Shown one piece after another: positions 18,261-29,112 of a stretch of DNA of 64,000 bases. Below the pieces are notes generated by a model that did not search any database, was not told where the DNA came from, and saw only the letters and a program-made list of their open reading frames with translations. Every line of letters starts with the position of its first letter. Within the stretch, counting starts at the first letter, position 1. This DNA is from Ignavibacteriaceae bacterium (GTDB lineage: Bacteria > Bacteroidota > Ignavibacteria > Ignavibacteriales > Ignavibacteriaceae), in the NCBI GenBank assembly GCA_963664845.1, contig OY761615.1:1556219-1620218 (forward strand). Direction: 5' to 3'. The translations under genes and the position numbers were made by a program.

Positions 18261-20186
18261 CTATTTCGCTATCAGCACTACCTGGGCGCGGTCGGCTTTG
18301 ACGATATCGGTATAAAATTTACGGTATTCCTGATAGTTCTTCGCGGGGATTTCATATGCATCTATCTCGCGGGTTCTGATATACTGAATCCTAGATTCGT
18401 CAAGCGCAACCGTTTTTGCCGTGAATGACCCGAACGAGGTGGTAAGATTGACCGCGACGGGCAGGGACTCAACTTTATAAGATGAGGGCAGCATATAGGT
18501 TATGGTATCGATCTCAAGATAGGGATACGCAATGCGTACCGGTGAATAGCGCTGACTCACGTCTGCAGGCACCCAGGTTATTTTTTCTGACAGATCCGGT
18601 TGAAAGAAAATGCGGGAGCCTGTCTGCGTGCAGAATTTAGGCAGCTGCGCACTTATGCTGAGCCCGAGCAGCGTATCGTGCGTGTCCAATCCGCTGAATG
18701 TGAATTGCAGCTTATCAAAATTGGGAACAGCCAGTGTTTTAACCACCCATTTCCTGCGGTCTTCGGGTGAGTCATCTGCAAGTGCCCCCGTTATCTGGAA
18801 TTGCTCATTTCCCTTCCACGCCAATTTGCTATCCACGTCGCCTGAGCCGCCAATAACAAGTTTAACTGCTGCATTGCGGAATTGGGTGTTAATTGCTGCT
18901 TTGGAAACCGGAGTATGAACAACCACACCGCCGGTGGATGTAAGCATGAGTGCATTCCGGTTTTCCGTGAAGCTCCCCAGTTTTCCTGCCGGTAACGTTG
19001 TGCTGGTGCATTCAAGCCAAACGGTATCTTTTTCCAGAGGGGCGCAAAGAATAACATGGTTAAAATGATTTGAGGGGAATTCATTAATAAACGTGTAGCG
19101 ATGCTGTCCTGCTTTAATAAGGACGGGATATGAGGTTATTCCCGCCTCTTTTAACAATGCCTTCATATAGTTTGCGAGCGCCTTGCAATCACCATAGCCA
19201 TGTTCATGCACATATTTTGCATCAAACGGCTGCCATCCGCCTATCCCGAGCTGAATGCTTATATAGCGGGAACGCTTCTGCAGATAGGAATAAAGGCCGG
19301 CAATCTTATCATGTGCATCGGTAAGCTTGTCAGTCAACTCATGAACGTCTTTTTTTGCGGCTTCAGGCAGAACGTCCCGTTCTTTATATAGTTCATAGTT
19401 CCATTCCCCAAATTCCTTCCAGCTTTCCATCGAGCCCTTATGCCCGTCCAGTTCAAATTTCACGGGAGCGACCATAACCAGCGCGCCGAGATCTTCATAA
19501 TCTTCACCATAGGCATCTTTTGCAAGCTTCGGCTGCATCGAAGCTTTCCACACGTATAGTGTCTTGCTGCCGTCCTGTGTAATTTCCGGTTTCAGGGAAT
19601 CGGTGTTGCACCAGTAGCGAAGCTTAATATCGGAAGGAATGAGTATTTCATATTTGGTGTTTTCAACCGGATGGATTGAACCTCTGGTGCTCCATGAAGG
19701 CCAGTTCAGATAGCCGTTATAATAGTACTCGTACGTGTATTCCACGGTATACGGATAGCGGTCATTGTACAGTTCGGCAATACGTATCCGGGCATCGTCA
19801 TAGAGTGTGCCATTCCCAGTTGCCAGATGGTCTATAATATCTTCTTTCTCCAGCTCGCGCAGTTCATTACCCTCAGCATCAAAAAGCTTTCCTTCAAGTG
19901 ATTCCAGTTTATGGAACTGATCATAGGACAGGCCAATTGCACCTTCATCGCGTCCGTCTTTGTTAAATATGGTAACCGCGAATGTTTCCTTGCAATATGC
20001 TTTGCGTTCACTCTTCACTTCAAGTCGTTGGATTTTTTTGCGAACCACGGCATCGGCATCTTTCTTCAGTATAGCAGGAATTTTATCTGCAGCATATTCC
20101 TTGTCGCCCCCGGCCATTGCTGATCCCGTAACAAAACACAAAACAAACAAGAGCACCAGGTTTAGTCTCAACAGCAAATGTTTCAT
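18261..20186 (-). CDS. DUF3857 + transglutaminase-like domain protein (paralog 1, retains TGase Cys)
   Basis: Start taken at MKHLLLRLNLVLLFVLCF, a signal peptide whose ATG overlaps the upstream stop as TAATG. The track's longer N-terminus is rejected. Carries the transglutaminase core HEHGYGDCKALANYMKALLKEAGI. Confidence 0.65.
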   Translation of the reverse strand: MKHLLLRLNLVLLFVLCFVTGSAMAGGDKEYAADKIPAILKKDADAVVRKKIQRLEVKSERKAYCKETFAVTIFNKDGRDEGAIGLSYDQFHKLESLEGKLFDAEGNELRELEKEDIIDHLATGNGTLYDDARIRIAELYNDRYPYTVEYTYEYYYNGYLNWPSWSTRGSIHPVENTKYEILIPSDIKLRYWCNTDSLKPEITQDGSKTLYVWKASMQPKLAKDAYGEDYEDLGALVMVAPVKFELDGHKGSMESWKEFGEWNYELYKERDVLPEAAKKDVHELTDKLTDAHDKIAGLYSYLQKRSRYISIQLGIGGWQPFDAKYVHEHGYGDCKALANYMKALLKEAGITSYPVLIKAGQHRYTFINEFPSNHFNHVILCAPLEKDTVWLECTSTTLPAGKLGSFTENRNALMLTSTGGVVVHTPVSKAAINTQFRNAAVKLVIGGSGDVDSKLAWKGNEQFQITGALADDSPEDRRKWVVKTLAVPNFDKLQFTFSGLDTHDTLLGLSISAQLPKFCTQTGSRIFFQPDLSEKITWVPADVSQRYSPVRIAYPYLEIDTITYMLPSSYKVESLPVAVNLTTSFGSFTAKTVALDESRIQYIRTREIDAYEIPAKNYQEYRKFYTDIVKADRAQVVLIAK

Positions 20187-22294
20187 TATTTGGCTTTCTG
20201 CTTTTTTGCTTTTGTTTCGGTTTTTTCTGTAGCTGCAGCCGGCACCTTGTTTTGGGGTTCTTCCACAGGTGGTGCAATTGCAGCAGGCGGTGCTGCCGGT
20301 TTGCACCGGGTAAGCACCAGTTGTTCGGACTCACTTGCAACAACCTGATTATAGAAGTCCCGCACAAGTGCATAGTAGTTGGGGTTGATCTGGTTTTCGT
20401 TCACCTGATATGAATAGCGCACCTGGAAACGGCCATCTACCACCTGACTGCGCCGCGTATAGACAAGTGCCTTGCTTGCCGCGGTGAACGTGCGGTCGGG
20501 CAGGCCATCCTTGATCTCAAAACTGTCTGGCAGGACAATGGACACCAGGTTTGTCAAATCTCTGCCATAACCATAATCTATGGCAAATTTTCGTTTTTCC
20601 GTCTTGAAGGGGTTATCACGATGCCGGTTTAGGATATGCGGATTAAGAAATATCATGTCACCGTTATTCTGTGCATAGGACGATGAGGATATCTTTGCAT
20701 AGATACCAAAGGGCACATTGAGACTGTCTTTCCCCGTAACAGAAACAGAATCAATCTGTATCCCGCTTTTTTCGGTTTCCAGAAACTCTTTTGCAAGATC
20801 AATTTCTTTCTTGTCTTTTAATGCATCCCGGTTAAAGAAAGCGCCATACTCCCGGAAACCATCCCGCATATCTCCCTCAATGGTGCCGTCAGGTTTAAGA
20901 GAAATGTTTGTAAACGTCGATTCAATATTTTTCTTTTTTGAAGTAATGCCCACCCATTCAAGAGGCTCCGGTTTGATAACCAGTCCGGTCACGCCAAGCA
21001 CTTTTGTGGGCAACAGATCGTATGGGCGTTTGGCATCGGTAGGATCGAGAAACCAGGTTGCCTCGCCTGCTTTTACCCTGGTGAGGACATAATTGAATTG
21101 TGAAATTATGGGATATAAGTCCTGTATCTTGCCGTTGCCGCGTGTGCTTACGAGTACAGGATCGGCCGCGATGCCCGCATAACGGAGCATTGAGATAAAC
21201 AGGAATTCTATTTCGGCATTGTTTCCTTTTTTTGTATCAAGAACATCGTTGATGTCCTGGGTTGCCCAGCACGTATTGTTACCGGTTCGTGTTATTGCAC
21301 CTGACACCCAGTTATAAATGGCAATCATTTTTTCTTCCGGTGTTGTGCAATGTGCCACAACCGTATCAACAATTTTCCTTAGCGCACGCGTGTTATCAAT
21401 TTTTCCGCAGAAGTTTTTATCATCGATAAGATCTTCCACGAGTTTCTCCCAGGTATTGAGCACGTGCTTAATGCCACCACCATGCATGGCATAGGCGCTG
21501 AGTTGAAATTCAACACTGCTGTTGTAATCGGACAAGGTTGTAATAAAAGGTTCTTCTTTGAGGGCCGGCACATTTTCCATTACATAATGTTGTTGCCGGC
21601 ACTTAACAATCCGGTCGCCAAAGTAGGCCGCTGCCGGCCCTTGAAATGGTTGCACAACATCATTGAACTCCTTAACCGCAAACTGTTCATAACCGGTTGT
21701 AACTGCTGCATAGGCAATGCTGTGTGGAACTGTTACCAGATATTCGCTCCAACGTGTTGGGAAACTGCTCTGAAATGACCATCCGGGAAGCCTGAAGGTG
21801 TTATGATAGATCACGGTATACCTGTACTCAAAAACACAACCCGGTTTCAAACCCGGCATGGTGAAGCTTTTCTTCTTTAACTCACCTCGAACCGTTTCTT
21901 CAAATATATCCTTCTTTTTCAGATCTAACTGTTTTACCTGGCCGTCAGCCTCAAGGGCATAGGTGATCCCTTCAACATCTTCCACCCGGTCAGATTCCCG
22001 GCCATCATGGAAAAAGATATCTTCTTTGGCGGCGTCGAATCCGTTGGGTGTGATTATTTTTACCCGTTTGTGGGTTTTATATACTATTTCCATTTCATCA
22101 TTAAATGAGGATTCGCCATAATCGCTCAGAATAACCGCGGCAGCATTGGTATCGGCGGCGTAGATTTTCATTTCAAGATCAGCGCGGGGAATGTCGCCCC
22201 ATTTAACGGGAGCATCCTGGGTAAAAACAAATGAGGAGCAGATGAAGAAGCAAACAAAAACAACGGGAATTTTTCCAAAAAACGCAGAAATCAT
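20186..22294 (-). CDS. DUF3857 + transglutaminase-like domain protein (paralog 2)
   Basis: 702 aa with a signal peptide. N-terminus APVKWGDIPRADLEMKIYAADTNAAAVIL is shared with paralog 3. Has the ISMLRYAGIAADPV TGase-like helix, but the canonical Cys position appears substituted. Confidence 0.65.
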   Translation of the reverse strand: MISAFFGKIPVVFVCFFICSSFVFTQDAPVKWGDIPRADLEMKIYAADTNAAAVILSDYGESSFNDEMEIVYKTHKRVKIITPNGFDAAKEDIFFHDGRESDRVEDVEGITYALEADGQVKQLDLKKKDIFEETVRGELKKKSFTMPGLKPGCVFEYRYTVIYHNTFRLPGWSFQSSFPTRWSEYLVTVPHSIAYAAVTTGYEQFAVKEFNDVVQPFQGPAAAYFGDRIVKCRQQHYVMENVPALKEEPFITTLSDYNSSVEFQLSAYAMHGGGIKHVLNTWEKLVEDLIDDKNFCGKIDNTRALRKIVDTVVAHCTTPEEKMIAIYNWVSGAITRTGNNTCWATQDINDVLDTKKGNNAEIEFLFISMLRYAGIAADPVLVSTRGNGKIQDLYPIISQFNYVLTRVKAGEATWFLDPTDAKRPYDLLPTKVLGVTGLVIKPEPLEWVGITSKKKNIESTFTNISLKPDGTIEGDMRDGFREYGAFFNRDALKDKKEIDLAKEFLETEKSGIQIDSVSVTGKDSLNVPFGIYAKISSSSYAQNNGDMIFLNPHILNRHRDNPFKTEKRKFAIDYGYGRDLTNLVSIVLPDSFEIKDGLPDRTFTAASKALVYTRRSQVVDGRFQVRYSYQVNENQINPNYYALVRDFYNQVVASESEQLVLTRCKPAAPPAAIAPPVEEPQNKVPAAATEKTETKAKKQKAK

Positions 22295-22597
22295 GTACGT
22301 ACCCTTTGCCTGAAACTTAACAGAAATAACAACTATTTACGGTTATGCAGTGGTGCCTGGGAGATACAACAACTCTTTTCAATCCCTTAAAGATGTCGAT
22401 ATAATCTGACAAATACCCTTAATTAAAATTACGGTTATCGGTCGAAACATGCAACTAATCGGGAACATGATTTCCGCAATCAATCATTTGCAATGCACAG
22501 TGTTGACCTGGCGGCATAAAGAAAGTCAGGTTAAATGGATACTCCGGTAATATAATACAGTAATCAACCGAAGGAGTGTTTTTCAGTTTGCAGTTTA

Positions 22598-24655
22598 CTA
22601 CTTTCCCCTTTTTTGTTTCTTGCTGCTTTTTTCTGTCGATGGAGCCGGCGTTTCCGGTTTTGGGTCTTCAACCGGAGGCGTATCTGACACGTTCAGAACA
22701 GTTGGGTGTCGTAAGCCCAGGCCGATTGTCTCGGATTCACTTGCGACCACTTTATTAATGAAATCACGTACGCTTGCATAGTAGTTTGGTTTGATCTCTG
22801 TTTGATTAATTTGCAATTTATAGCGAACACTAAGGTGTCCACCCTCATACTGACTTCGTCTTGAATATGTCAAAGCACCACTGAGCACTGACAAATTTAT
22901 ATTTTGCAAAGAGTCTCTAATCTCCAAACTCTCCGGCAGACTGATAGTTACCAAATGAGTAATGTCGCGGCAATAACCAAAGTCAATCGGAAATTTCCGT
23001 GTTTCAGCTTTAAATGGATTATCCCGATTTCTGCGAATAAAGTGCGGGTTCAGAAAAACTGCATTTCCACTAAACTGCGCATAAGAAGTGGATTTTATCT
23101 TTGCATTAATAATGAACGGAACCTCCAGACTATCTTTTCCCAATACAAGAACCGAGTCTATTTGTATTCCATTTATATCCGTCTGGAGATATTCTTTGGC
23201 CAGTTCCATTTCTTTCTGCGTTTTTAATGCATCCCGATTAAACAACGCTCCGTATTGGAGAAACCCATCTTGCATCTCCCCTTCGATAGCCCCATCAGGT
23301 TTAAGTGAGATTGTTGTGACAGTTGATTCAATATATTTATTGTTTGAAGTGACTGCCACCCATTCGATCGGATCTGGTTTTATTACGAGTCCGGTAACGC
23401 CGTGCACTTTTGCCGGCAGTAGGTCATAGGACCGATCTAAATCAGTTGGGTCAAGAAAGTAGGATACAGAATCAATTTTTGCCCGAGTCAGCACATAATT
23501 AAATTGCGAAGTTATCGGATATAGCCCTTGAATGCTTCCGTTTCCGCGTGTACTCAGAATAACCGGATCTGCCTGAATTCCCGCATAACGCAACATGGAA
23601 ATAAAGAGAATAGTAATCTCTGTGCCAGAACCTTTCTTATTATCCAGAACATCATTAATCTCATCAGACATAAAGAGTAAACCGCCACCGGTATAAACAA
23701 TTGTATTTACTATCCAGTTATGCAACGCTATCATCTTCTCTTTAGGAGTAGTAAGGTTGGCTGTAATTTTATCAACAATCTTTCTTAAGGCACGGGTATT
23801 ATCAATTTTTTTGCCAAAATATTCACTCGTCAGCAAGTTCGCCACCAGCTTATCCCAAGTATCAAGCACCTTCTCAACTCCGCCGTAACGTCCTGCAATC
23901 GCACTCAACTGAAACTCAACTTTACTCCGGTAATCCTCCAACGTTGTTATATAAGGTTCTTCTCTTAGTGCTGGAACATCAGCCATAGCGTATCGTAGTT
24001 TTCTGCATCCATTCTCCGCTGGATTGTTTTCATCAACTACTAAAGGTTCAAATCCTTGAATAACTGAAGTAAAATCAAATGCCGCAGGTGGTTCCACCCG
24101 ATACTCGCTCCATCGTGTGGGCTCGCTACTTTGAAACGACCAGCCAGGCAGCTGGTAAATGCTTCGTTTCAGGATTTTATATCTATATTCGAAAACGCAA
24201 CCCGAGGTTACTCCTGGAAGAGTGAACGCCAATCTCTTGAATGAACCGGTTACAGTTTCTTCATGAATATCCGCTGCCTTTAATTCACTTTTTGTTACAC
24301 TCCCGTCAGCTGTAAGCGTATACGTTGTTCCGTCTATGTCGGAGATTTTATCCCCGCCGTCTATTTTGTAAAAATATACCACTACTTTTGCCATAGCAAA
24401 ACCCTTGGGAGTAAGAATCTTTATGCGTTTATGTACTTTAAATTCTATCCCCTCACCATATAAAAATGTAGATTCTCCGAAATCACATAAAATAACTGCG
24501 GCTGCATTGGTATCCGCCGAATAGGTTTTCATTTCGAGATCTGCACGGGGTATTTCGCCCCATTTGATTGGAGGAGCCTGGGCATAAGAGACGGACAGAC
24601 AAAGAAGGAATGACAAGAATAACAAATTCACCGATTTGAGAGAATAGGAAGCCAT
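22598..24655 (-). CDS. DUF3857 + transglutaminase-like domain protein (paralog 3)
   Basis: 685 aa with a signal peptide. Collinear with paralog 2 (PPIKWGEIPRADLEMKTYSADTNAAAVIL ... ISMLRYAGIQADPV). Confidence 0.65.
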   Translation of the reverse strand: MASYSLKSVNLLFLSFLLCLSVSYAQAPPIKWGEIPRADLEMKTYSADTNAAAVILCDFGESTFLYGEGIEFKVHKRIKILTPKGFAMAKVVVYFYKIDGGDKISDIDGTTYTLTADGSVTKSELKAADIHEETVTGSFKRLAFTLPGVTSGCVFEYRYKILKRSIYQLPGWSFQSSEPTRWSEYRVEPPAAFDFTSVIQGFEPLVVDENNPAENGCRKLRYAMADVPALREEPYITTLEDYRSKVEFQLSAIAGRYGGVEKVLDTWDKLVANLLTSEYFGKKIDNTRALRKIVDKITANLTTPKEKMIALHNWIVNTIVYTGGGLLFMSDEINDVLDNKKGSGTEITILFISMLRYAGIQADPVILSTRGNGSIQGLYPITSQFNYVLTRAKIDSVSYFLDPTDLDRSYDLLPAKVHGVTGLVIKPDPIEWVAVTSNNKYIESTVTTISLKPDGAIEGEMQDGFLQYGALFNRDALKTQKEMELAKEYLQTDINGIQIDSVLVLGKDSLEVPFIINAKIKSTSYAQFSGNAVFLNPHFIRRNRDNPFKAETRKFPIDFGYCRDITHLVTISLPESLEIRDSLQNINLSVLSGALTYSRRSQYEGGHLSVRYKLQINQTEIKPNYYASVRDFINKVVASESETIGLGLRHPTVLNVSDTPPVEDPKPETPAPSTEKSSKKQKRGK

Positions 24656-25019
24656 AAAGATACCCTTAGTCTAAATATAACAGAATGTATATCACCTGAT
24701 AATTAGCAGCAATGCCCCGATTTAACGACAGTTTCGGCTTTTTGAAAAGCCGCAAGATAATTGCGACCCACAGCAGAGATTGTCTGCAAGGAATAAAACC
24801 GTTGTATAAATTTACGGTTATCCCGGTGAAAGTACAAATAAGCTGTACATTTTTAAGGCGAGTGTTCAAAAATATTTTGGGGCTGCATAGCTATTATATA
24901 GCAGACTATCTATGTGCCGCCAGCACAGAATGATATATTAAAACCCAAGCTGAAAGAGCAAAATAGTTAAGCATAAAATCGGAGAAACAAGTACTTTTCA
25001 TATAATAATAATTAAAATT

Positions 25020-25451
25020 GTGAGCACTTTGAAGATCATCCAAAAAGAAATAACACTCCCGGATTACCGCCGTGGATTTCACCTCATTACCGACAAAATA
25101 TACAGTGCCGTGCCTGAGCTGGCACAGTTTCAACAGGGAACGGCTCAGATATTTATTAAGCACACATCCGCTTCACTAACGTTGAATGAGAATGCCGACC
25201 GGGATGTGCGTACTAATTTTGAAACATTCTTCAATCATCTCGTTCCCGAATCGTTCCCGCGATTTGAGCACACTTCTGAAGGCCGGGATGATATGCCTGC
25301 ACATTTGAAAAGCTCCCTGCTTGGTGCATCTGTTTCCGTTCCCATAACGAACGGCAGGTTCAATCTTGGTACGTGGCAGGGAATATATCTCTGCGAACAC
25401 CGGGACTATGGAGGGCGAAGAAGACTGGTGATAACCTTGATGGGTGAATGA
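25020..25451 (+). CDS. yjbQ: YjbQ/UPF0047 family protein (secondary thiamine-phosphate synthase-like)
   Basis: 143 aa. The family-typical sequence is ...FHLITDKI...TASLTLNENADRDVRTNFETFFNHLVPE...DDMPAHLKSSLLGASVSVPI..GRFNLGTWQGIYLCEHRD. Confidence 0.75.
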   Translation: MSTLKIIQKEITLPDYRRGFHLITDKIYSAVPELAQFQQGTAQIFIKHTSASLTLNENADRDVRTNFETFFNHLVPESFPRFEHTSEGRDDMPAHLKSSLLGASVSVPITNGRFNLGTWQGIYLCEHRDYGGRRRLVITLMGE

Positions 25452-25525
25452 AAACTCTCTTAATAAAAAAATCCGGGAGAAAGTCACCCTTCTGCCCGGA
25501 CGAATAATCTATTCCTGCTGTATAG

Positions 25526-26107
25526 CTAGGGTTCGATCTTTGTACCCAGAACCACGAGAAACTTTGCAATCCAGTCTGGATGCGCTGGCCAAGCCGGAGC
25601 AGTGACCAGATTACCGTCAACGGTTGCCTTATCAACGGGGATGCTCGCAAAGGTTCCGCCGCATCCATTAACTTCAGGGCCAACGGCCGGATAGGAACTG
25701 CATGACCTGCCCTTCAAAACCCCCGCAGCAGCCAGAATTTGAGGACCATGACAAATTGCTGCGACCGGCAGATTTTTTTCGAAGAAATAACGGGTGAGCT
25801 GCAACACTTTTTCGTTGAGACGCAAATACTCCGGTGCACGTCCTCCGGGAATGACCAGTGCGTCATAATCTTCAACCTTTATCTCATCGAATGTGGCATT
25901 AAGCGTGAAATTATGACCGGGTTTTTCAGAATAGGTTTGATCACCCTCAAAATCATGGATGGCCGTGCGTACATGATCGCTTGCTTTTTTATCCGGGCAT
26001 ACCGCGTGCACCGTGTGCCCCACCATCAGCAAAGCCTGGAATGGCACCATGACTTCATAATCTTCAACAAAATCGCCGACCAGCATCAGAATCTTTTTAG
26101 CAGCCAT
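25526..26107 (-). CDS. DJ-1/PfpI family protein (class I glutamine amidotransferase-like)
   Basis: 193 aa with the nucleophile elbow AICHGP and the DALVIPGG motif. Confidence 0.8.
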   Translation of the reverse strand: MAAKKILMLVGDFVEDYEVMVPFQALLMVGHTVHAVCPDKKASDHVRTAIHDFEGDQTYSEKPGHNFTLNATFDEIKVEDYDALVIPGGRAPEYLRLNEKVLQLTRYFFEKNLPVAAICHGPQILAAAGVLKGRSCSSYPAVGPEVNGCGGTFASIPVDKATVDGNLVTAPAWPAHPDWIAKFLVVLGTKIEP

Positions 26108-26421
26108 AGAATTCTCCTAATAATGTTGTATAAAAATAATATATAAAGAAGTGCGTCCCACGCGATCGAATGGTTTGCTGATGTTGACCGCATTGCCCTG
26201 GGACAATTATGAATAGAAACACGGCGTGTATAGTATAAAATTCCGGGATAAAAAGAAATGGAAAATCAAGAGGAGAATTTGCATGGGAAGAGTCTATGGA
26301 CTAATTGGTAATCTGCCTATCTGCATTTGGAGAATAAACCTTCGAGTTAAGCCGGATTGTCCCCAGTTTTGCTGACGGGGGTTGCCTTTCCAAGAACAGA
26401 ATCAAGAACCACTTGGCCACA

Positions 26422-26724
26422 TTATGATTTCAGTCGCACAAAAATATCCTTCGAGCTCTGATGGTTTTGCCCTTCCTGAGTTCCAACCAACTGATAAAAT
26501 TCGCACTTCATGCAATTGCCGAGCTTTTGCGCAAATGAACCCTGAACAGCACCGCCACAGAGCGTCCCGGTCAAAGCCCAACAGGCGCGTCCGCCATTTT
26601 TGCCATGGTTTATTCCGTTCGTCCGAACTTCAATTGCAGCCGGGCATATTCCCAGCTCTTTCACTTTTAGTCCACCTTTTTCCCTGCCACATTTTTTGAA
26701 TTCCCAGCAATTTACCGACGACAT
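26422..26724 (-). CDS. small cysteine-rich protein with two CW..C motifs (putative metal-binding)
   Basis: 100 aa containing 9 Cys, including NCWEFKKCG and ACWALTGTLCGG, which are two CW-x(4-6)-CG motifs. The antisense 105-aa ORF is junk-like. Family unknown to me. Confidence 0.5.
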   Translation of the reverse strand: MSSVNCWEFKKCGREKGGLKVKELGICPAAIEVRTNGINHGKNGGRACWALTGTLCGGAVQGSFAQKLGNCMKCEFYQLVGTQEGQNHQSSKDIFVRLKS

Positions 26725-26891
26725 AACGTTACCCTTCCAGATTATAGTGAATAAACCTCAGCAAGGAAAACGCATATAGTTACAAATATTTGCTGAGTCT
26801 CAACCGTTTTGTCATTATCGGAACTTTATCCAAAAAGTTAAGGAAGCGGTCAAAACAGTATCCGACCGGTTGAATCACAGGTTTCCCCGTT

Positions 26892-28829
26892 TTATTCCGC
26901 TGACCCAAACCGGCCTATCGTGGTCATATTCTGCCGGTTGCAGATATCTTTAGCCTCCGGCGTAAACAGGTAGTCAATACGGTCCTGATATGATTTCACT
27001 ATTTTGCCGCGAACCATTTTCAGTGTGCTGTTGAGAAAGTGATTTTGCTCCGTGAAACCTTCTCCCAATATGGCAACTGCCGTCGGCAGCCACCGTTGCG
27101 GGAACATACCGGAAAAAGCACCACCCTCCCTGAACTGTGCAATTTCCGAGTCAAGCTTTTCAAGAGCAGCTTTTTGTCCGGCAGGTGTTAAAAAGTCGAG
27201 ATGATGCTCCTTCAGGTATGCCGTCAGCCTACTCCTGTTGGGAACAAGCAAGGCAACTGTGAATGGCGACTGATCGTTATAGAGCATTACCTGTTCGATA
27301 TAAGGCGAACTCTCGGTGAGTGCCTCCTCTATCCCTTCCGGACTGTATTTTTCGCCGTCGTTTCCTATAAGCAGACTTTTAAACCTGCCGAGTACGTAGA
27401 GGAAGTCATCTTCACTCAGATAGCCAAGATCCCCGGTAAACAGCCAGCCATCTTTAATGGTTTCGGCAGAGGCCTTTTCATTTTTCCAGTAACCCGCCAT
27501 TACGTTTTCACCTCTGACCACTATCTCACCCTTTTGCCCACGTGGAAGTTCGTTGCCTTTATCATCACAAATTTTCACTTCAACGCCTTGTGCAATTTTT
27601 CCTGATGACCCGAGTTTGTGCAACACCGGAACATTTGCCGAAATCACCGGGGCGGCTTCTGTGAGTCCATATCCCTGAAACATTGGGATGCCAATAGCAT
27701 AGAAAAACCGCTGCAATTCGATATCAAGCAAAGCACCGCCGCCAACAAAGAATTCCAGTTTCCCGCCAAAATTTTCACGTATTTTTTTGAATAACAGGGC
27801 ATCGAACAATTTGTAGAGCGGGTATATCAGTTTCCGCAGTCCTTTGCCTTTATCAATGCCCAGTCCGTTGTAGTCATAGGCAACTTCGAGTGCTGTCTGA
27901 AACAGTTTTTCAGTTGCTTTTCCTTTTTTGCGGATACCGCTTTCTATATTATTTCGAAAGCTTTTTGCGAGTGTGGGAACACTGAGAATGAAGTGTGGTT
28001 TTACCGCCAGTATGTTGCCAGGGATATTACGCAGTGTTTCAATGGCCGTTTTACCGGGTTTAACAAAAGCCAGTGCCGCACCGTTTTTCATCAATGTATA
28101 AATACAAACCGTATGGGCGAATGCATGATCGAGCGGAAGAATGGTAAGCGACACATAGTGCTGGGGAATAAAGAGGAGTGCTGTAGATTGTTCCACATTC
28201 GAAGTGTAGTTGCGGTGTGTCAGCAATATTCCCTTTGGATCAGCGGTTGTTCCTGATGTGTAGCAAATATTGGCATAATCATTTTCCTTAACGCCTCGCC
28301 AACGTTCTGCCAGCAAGTCAGCTCCATTAGTGAGGAATGCCTTTCCTTTCTGAATCAACTCATATTTTGAGATTTCTTCCCTTTCAGGTTTTTCCACATC
28401 ATCAAGATTAATAATATACTCAAGTTCGGGAAGATCGTTTTTTATTGCAATCACTTTTTGGCGCTGAGAACCAGAAACGATCACCATCCTGCAACCGGCA
28501 TGCGCAAGACGGAATTTCAATTCGGAGGGTTCATCAATTTTTATTGAGATGGGCACATTAATGGCGCCGCAAAAGAGTACACCGAGCTCTGCAACGACCC
28601 AGTCGTTTCTTCCCTCGGCAATAAGCGCAACACGTTCTGATGCTTTCAGCCCCATTGCCAGAAGTCCTGCTGCAAACTCATGCACCCACACCTGAGTCTG
28701 TTCATAGGTGGCTGCCTCAAACGTCGCGGATGTGTTTTCCCACATAAAAACATTTCCGGGATATTTCGAGACACTGGTTTCAAAAAGCTGGGGCAAAGTT
28801 CTTTGGGACATAGGTGCTCCGGTATACAA
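26892..28829 (-). CDS. fadD: long-chain fatty-acid--CoA ligase (AMP-dependent synthetase)
   Basis: 645 aa. AMP-binding motif YTSGTTADPKGILLTH, plus GYGLTE and the LFTGDLG region. Confidence 0.85.
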   Translation of the reverse strand: MYTGAPMSQRTLPQLFETSVSKYPGNVFMWENTSATFEAATYEQTQVWVHEFAAGLLAMGLKASERVALIAEGRNDWVVAELGVLFCGAINVPISIKIDEPSELKFRLAHAGCRMVIVSGSQRQKVIAIKNDLPELEYIINLDDVEKPEREEISKYELIQKGKAFLTNGADLLAERWRGVKENDYANICYTSGTTADPKGILLTHRNYTSNVEQSTALLFIPQHYVSLTILPLDHAFAHTVCIYTLMKNGAALAFVKPGKTAIETLRNIPGNILAVKPHFILSVPTLAKSFRNNIESGIRKKGKATEKLFQTALEVAYDYNGLGIDKGKGLRKLIYPLYKLFDALLFKKIRENFGGKLEFFVGGGALLDIELQRFFYAIGIPMFQGYGLTEAAPVISANVPVLHKLGSSGKIAQGVEVKICDDKGNELPRGQKGEIVVRGENVMAGYWKNEKASAETIKDGWLFTGDLGYLSEDDFLYVLGRFKSLLIGNDGEKYSPEGIEEALTESSPYIEQVMLYNDQSPFTVALLVPNRSRLTAYLKEHHLDFLTPAGQKAALEKLDSEIAQFREGGAFSGMFPQRWLPTAVAILGEGFTEQNHFLNSTLKMVRGKIVKSYQDRIDYLFTPEAKDICNRQNMTTIGRFGSAE

Positions 28830-29112
28830 CGTGCAAAAAAAGTTGATATAGCGTTTAAATTTAATCAGATGTAGCAGGAATTCCTAGATTTGAGTAGTGG
28901 TCACATTCCATATCCTGATTTGTGGTCTCTGTGACTTCTTTGTGTTCCGGATGCTTATTATAGGCAATTTTTAACACAGAGATCACCAAGGAGGCACAAA
29001 GGGTACTATTCGAGAATCTGAATTTCTTCAATTTGTGAGCAAATTCAAATAGTATCCGGATTTTCGTGTAGAAAATATCGTTGTTTTATTACGATATTAG
29101 CATATTCACCAA

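Noticed and set aside
24880-25019. TPP riboswitch upstream of yjbQ.
   Set aside because: There is no CTGAGA/thi-box-like core.
26382-26699. 105-aa plus-strand ORF overlapping the Cys-rich gene.
   Set aside because: It is a junk-like R/H/P-rich translation. The antisense minus-strand ORF has an organised Cys motif pattern and is preferred.
28830-29112. Purine riboswitch upstream of the NCS2 permease.
   Set aside because: The conserved TTTCTACC/CCGTAAAT cores are absent.
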